NCBI GenBank assembly: GCA_048882385.1
Contig: JBHLRQ010000111.1
Coordinates: forward strand, 1-10,268
DNA length: 10,268 bases
From: Candidatus Thorarchaeota archaeon
Lineage (GTDB): Archaea; Asgardarchaeota; Thorarchaeia; Thorarchaeales; Thorarchaeaceae
Direction of reading: 5' to 3'
The position numbers were made by a program, and so were the translations under genes. Positions within the stretch are counted from its first letter, which is position 1, and every line of letters begins with the position of its first letter. Of this stretch, positions 8,101-10,268 are shown one piece after another. The notes below the pieces were generated by a model. It searched no databases, was not told where the DNA came from, and saw only the letters and a program-made list of their open reading frames with translations.

Positions 8101-10268
8101 CATCAAAGCTCAATTGTCGGATTCACGCTTTCAGTGACAGCTTTGCAAACAATGTTGGAAATTCTGAATGCAGGGTCTATTCCAGTCGAAAATGGTCTTA
8201 ATGAGTTCTTCACAGTCCAATTGAGTTATCAACTTCTTAATGGTAGTGGAGTTGCAGGGGCATCACTGGGAGTTATTTTCACAGGACCTTCAGAGGGTCT
8301 TTCATGGACTAACTTCGTTGACAACAGTAATGGATTGTACTCGTTTGATATCACCTGCAATGTTTCAGCCATATATGGAATTACAGTCACACTGTCCAAA
8401 ATACATCACTACAACACCACAGATGCCTTCACACTTATTATCGGAGAAACAGGGAGTGAACTTCAGCTTCTGAATGGAACAGTAGACGTCGTCCTGTTTG
8501 GTGACAATTACACTCTGTTTGTTGAATACAGAAACAGCACTGGTTCAGGTCTGGTAGGCGCTAATTTGCAGGTTGTGACAATAACACCTTCAGTTGGAAT
8601 GACCCATGGCGGCTTTTCACCCCTTTATGATGGGTTTTATCAAATCACGCTTACTCCCACAGCTGCTGGAGCATTTTCAATTGTCATCAGTGCAAGTATC
8701 ATAAATCATGAAACCCAATATGCGACATTCACGCTATCAGCAACAGGCATTCCCACAATTCTGACATCATTGCCCTCAAGTGCAAGTATTGCATTGGACC
8801 AGAACTTCACTGTACAGCTAAGTTTCCAAGATGAGGGATATAATCCGATTGATGTAGCCAACTTCACCATAACCAATCCACCAAGCGATCTGATAATTTC
8901 AAATGTGACTGCAATAGGAGGCGGGCTGTATAACTTCACATTGACTCCTCTAACAACAGGCACTTTCAACGTACTCTTCAGGAGCTCAGCTGAAAACTAT
9001 CAGAGCTCGAGTGCAGCGTTTACTCTCATAGTAACTATGATAGAAACACGAATTGAGTTTGAGGGTGAAGTGTCTTCAGCTCTCGTTGAGTTTGAAGAAC
9101 CTTACCTACTTACTGTCTACTACTATCGGGATGACATAGCATTGCCAGTCAATATTGAAGGAGCTAATGTTTCAGTAATAACACAAGACCCTGGACTCAT
9201 CATCACAGTTGAGGGATTTTCAGGATATTATCTGATCACGATTAGAGGTCAAGCAATTGGTTCTTGGTCACTAACAATCACGGCAAACAAGACAGATCAC
9301 TTTACTTCGACCAAGCAATTCCTATTTCAAGTAGAGGAGATTGACACATCAATAGAAGGTTCAAGTCCATTGGAGGCACTCCTAATCGATAGACACTACC
9401 AATTCGTCTTCAGCTATATGTTCGAAACAAACAGTAGCAATATCTTCGGTGCTTCAATGACACCATTTGGTGAGGGAGCTGATTGGGTAACATATGTAGA
9501 ACTTGGTAATGGTCAATATGCAGTAAATCTGACTCCATTAGCACTGGGCGAGTATAGTGTATTATTGACCTTTGAGAAGACAGGATTTGAAACGGTCAGC
9601 TACAGACTGAGTTTCACAGTCAATGAGATACCAATCACGGTTGAAGTGCTGCAAGGACTTCAAGGCCCAGAAGGATTTCCAACAACAATACTTGTGCGTG
9701 TCGTTGAGAGTGACACAAGAGATCCTGTTGTTGGAGCTACTGTATTCTTCGACATTCGCAAATCAGATGGTACACCCGTTGGTACACGAACATCAATGAA
9801 CCCGACAACTACTCCAGGAGTCTATATGGCAACAGCAGAGATGCCTCCAGCAGATGGTGCTTATTACATCGAAATTTCATGCGAAGCAACTAATTTCATC
9901 CTTGTTCAATCTTTGTCAATGCCATTTCAACCTGCAAGAGACCTAACAACAATGCTGTATATTTCATTCCAGCAATACTTCCTCATTTACTTAGGAGCTG
10001 GAGCCTTGGCTGTTGGACTAGCTTACCGGAGAAGCGCTAGAAAGCGTAGAATACGCCAAAACAAGATCACATTAGCCATTAAGAGACGCTTTGATGATGT
10101 AAGAAGCCTTCTAGGAGTGATTGTCATCCACAAAGACAGTGGATTACCAGTTTATTCCAAGATATTGAGAGATGGCCTTGAAGAAGCAGTCATCTCAGCA
10201 TTCATCACAGCTGTCACAAGTTTCAGAGGTGAATTCGATATTGAATCAACAACAGAGGAGTGGGGATT
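5188..10268 (+). CDS. Giant single-pass cell-surface glycoprotein (at least 1693 aa, 3' end outside window): signal peptide, Ig-like/beta-sandwich repeat ectodomain, TM helix, cytoplasmic longin/roadblock-like domain
   Basis: Continuous frame +1 with no stop from ATG 5188 (GAGGT upstream) to the window end. Starts MRSKQYSIIALLVCLLFMGLLTSF (signal peptide). The ectodomain is Thr/Ser/Gly-rich with more than 30 N-x-S/T sequons. TM YFLIYLGAGALAVGLAY at 9976-10026 is followed by basic RRSARKRRIRQNK, then LLGVIVIHKDSGLPVYSKILRDGLEEAVISAFITAVTSF. Confidence 0.92.
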   Translation, partial: MRSKQYSIIALLVCLLFMGLLTSFDSSIVHEITDDKDEGPLYQNINEVNKRGFTISQTTQEGLINPVQIKESAFRTTDAAKARTDTGANTGQNITIDEGNNWFANYTSIEVSSIKQLYGVNGTFEDGVDPWTNYTISYGSNTQIPGYDSSGEYITCRNVGDYRKIGPNHVWDHDAGSEVGFEQAVYNTGGEQVFDLRFDFRYATGPIDPEGDNALPGVVGVFYQINDEGGSLYEGYYYPMDAYVDSRDAWLSIEDSFTIPSPWSEFSFAVGLYLAGGITINNATDYDDDPLGEPDGTVNAENLTVYIDNVEFTGRTTPTFDSVDLTFHAGVFSEAVTGSGVGTASISNPSFWTVDPLEVQITSNTSVIFTYSITSLFHRYINSSWTTDLSKAGVTYSITSGLSSDLTFYTYITEPGGYYNATFDIVHPQDWENTTVWDPLANDITSSCSISLGQIHIPTSELSRSGWWEINLNSLNYAKNISVQVYDQSTTDWSENSLFRPGNVTRVQAEIGTPSVTPIGGDPVNVTWIKPNEDQWAMDSITTMVGGAVTSSLWSFGNTNTSAGEWSLEVLWTNGTEIAFGLVTFDLYHTASIVATYPNIETDYGLIISNLITYKDADTNEYLLDDSVTIEANWSSTVVSFTQNYAKNWWEADFDTLLLGGGQFVVVVTASRPYFDSVSTEFTVISYYESALQIVNTPSPIERGLNEVFTAQIDYEFLNGTGISGALPIITFSGPVGGLSWNSFVDNNNGHYSVNIVCDIAATYEVTITLSKPYHYNASDSFVLIISETGTELESLNGTADVVSFGDSYRLVVEYRNSTGQGLSGADLEIVSITPSTGLINGSFSPITGGLYEITLTPTATGTYSIVIRASLFNHETQYITFTLTGVVIPTILTSMPSSATVAVNESFILQLLFQDEDLSPVDVANITVLSPPSGITISDATWVGGGLYNISMQSSSIDVYNLLFRASADNHQSSIVGFTLSVTALQTMLEILNAGSIPVENGLNEFFTVQLSYQLLNGSGVAGASLGVIFTGPSEGLSWTNFVDNSNGLYSFDITCNVSAIYGITVTLSKIHHYNTTDAFTLIIGETGSELQLLNGTVDVVLFGDNYTLFVEYRNSTGSGLVGANLQVVTITPSVGMTHGGFSPLYDGFYQITLTPTAAGAFSIVISASIINHETQYATFTLSATGIPTILTSLPSSASIALDQNFTVQLSFQDEGYNPIDVANFTITNPPSDLIISNVTAIGGGLYNFTLTPLTTGTFNVLFRSSAENYQSSSAAFTLIVTMIETRIEFEGEVSSALVEFEEPYLLTVYYYRDDIALPVNIEGANVSVITQDPGLIITVEGFSGYYLITIRGQAIGSWSLTITANKTDHFTSTKQFLFQVEEIDTSIEGSSPLEALLIDRHYQFVFSYMFETNSSNIFGASMTPFGEGADWVTYVELGNGQYAVNLTPLALGEYSVLLTFEKTGFETVSYRLSFTVNEIPITVEVLQGLQGPEGFPTTILVRVVESDTRDPVVGATVFFDIRKSDGTPVGTRTSMNPTTTPGVYMATAEMPPADGAYYIEISCEATNFILVQSLSMPFQPARDLTTMLYISFQQYFLIYLGAGALAVGLAYRRSARKRRIRQNKITLAIKRRFDDVRSLLGVIVIHKDSGLPVYSKILRDGLEEAVISAFITAVTSFRGEFDIESTTEEWG
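7252..9045 (+). repeat. Intragenic tandem duplication, period 897 bp (299 aa, three modules per unit), two diverged copies
   Basis: Matching motifs recur at exactly +897: E-x-GLNE 7291/8188, YRNSTG 7630/8527, NHETQY 7807/8704, FQDE 7927/8824, GGGLYN 8020/8917 and FTL 8122/9019. Confidence 0.92.

Noticed and set aside
5374-8473. ORFs 5374..5706 (-) and 8240..8473 (+)
   Set aside because: They are nested antisense or out-of-frame ORFs inside the continuous 5188..>10268 CDS.
7818-8969. Two mutually similar minus-strand ORFs (7818..8072, 8706..8969) that look like a paralog pair
   Set aside because: Their similarity is fully explained by the 897-bp duplication in the plus-strand giant gene.
1-10268. 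CRISPR array, tRNA/rRNA, IS element or DGR-like template/variable repeat pair
   Set aside because: No regularly spaced short repeats, RNA-gene signatures, transposase or reverse transcriptase were seen. The 897-bp repeat copies are both coding and differ broadly rather than only at adenines.

Overview
Gene-dense archaeal-type window. The gene content, GGGGTGA/GAGG-type ribosome-binding sites and a giant glycoprotein with a longin-like tail suggest an Asgard (Thorarchaeota-like) archaeon; this assignment is inference. Left to right: the 5' part of a minus-strand probable PadR-like regulator missed by the ORF track (<1..275), with an 18-bp perfect palindrome in its promoter; an 83-aa membrane protein whose N-terminus is nearly identical to the first 16 residues of bacterial EF-Tu; a Kv-beta-like aldo/keto reductase; a 4-TM hypothetical protein; an AlkZ/YcaQ-like (HTH_42) DNA glycosylase; a small 2-TM protein; an MscL-family channel that appears to carry the cytoplasmic bundle helix at its N-terminus; and an ICMT/PEMT-family methyltransferase. 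The right half is one ORF of at least 1693 aa that is not in the ORF track (5188..>10268). It encodes a signal peptide, a sequon-rich ectodomain with about ten ~100-aa beta-sandwich-like modules including an 897-bp tandem duplication, one TM helix, and the start of a cytoplasmic longin/roadblock-like domain, giving a receptor-like architecture. No tRNA, rRNA, CRISPR array or mobile element was recognised.
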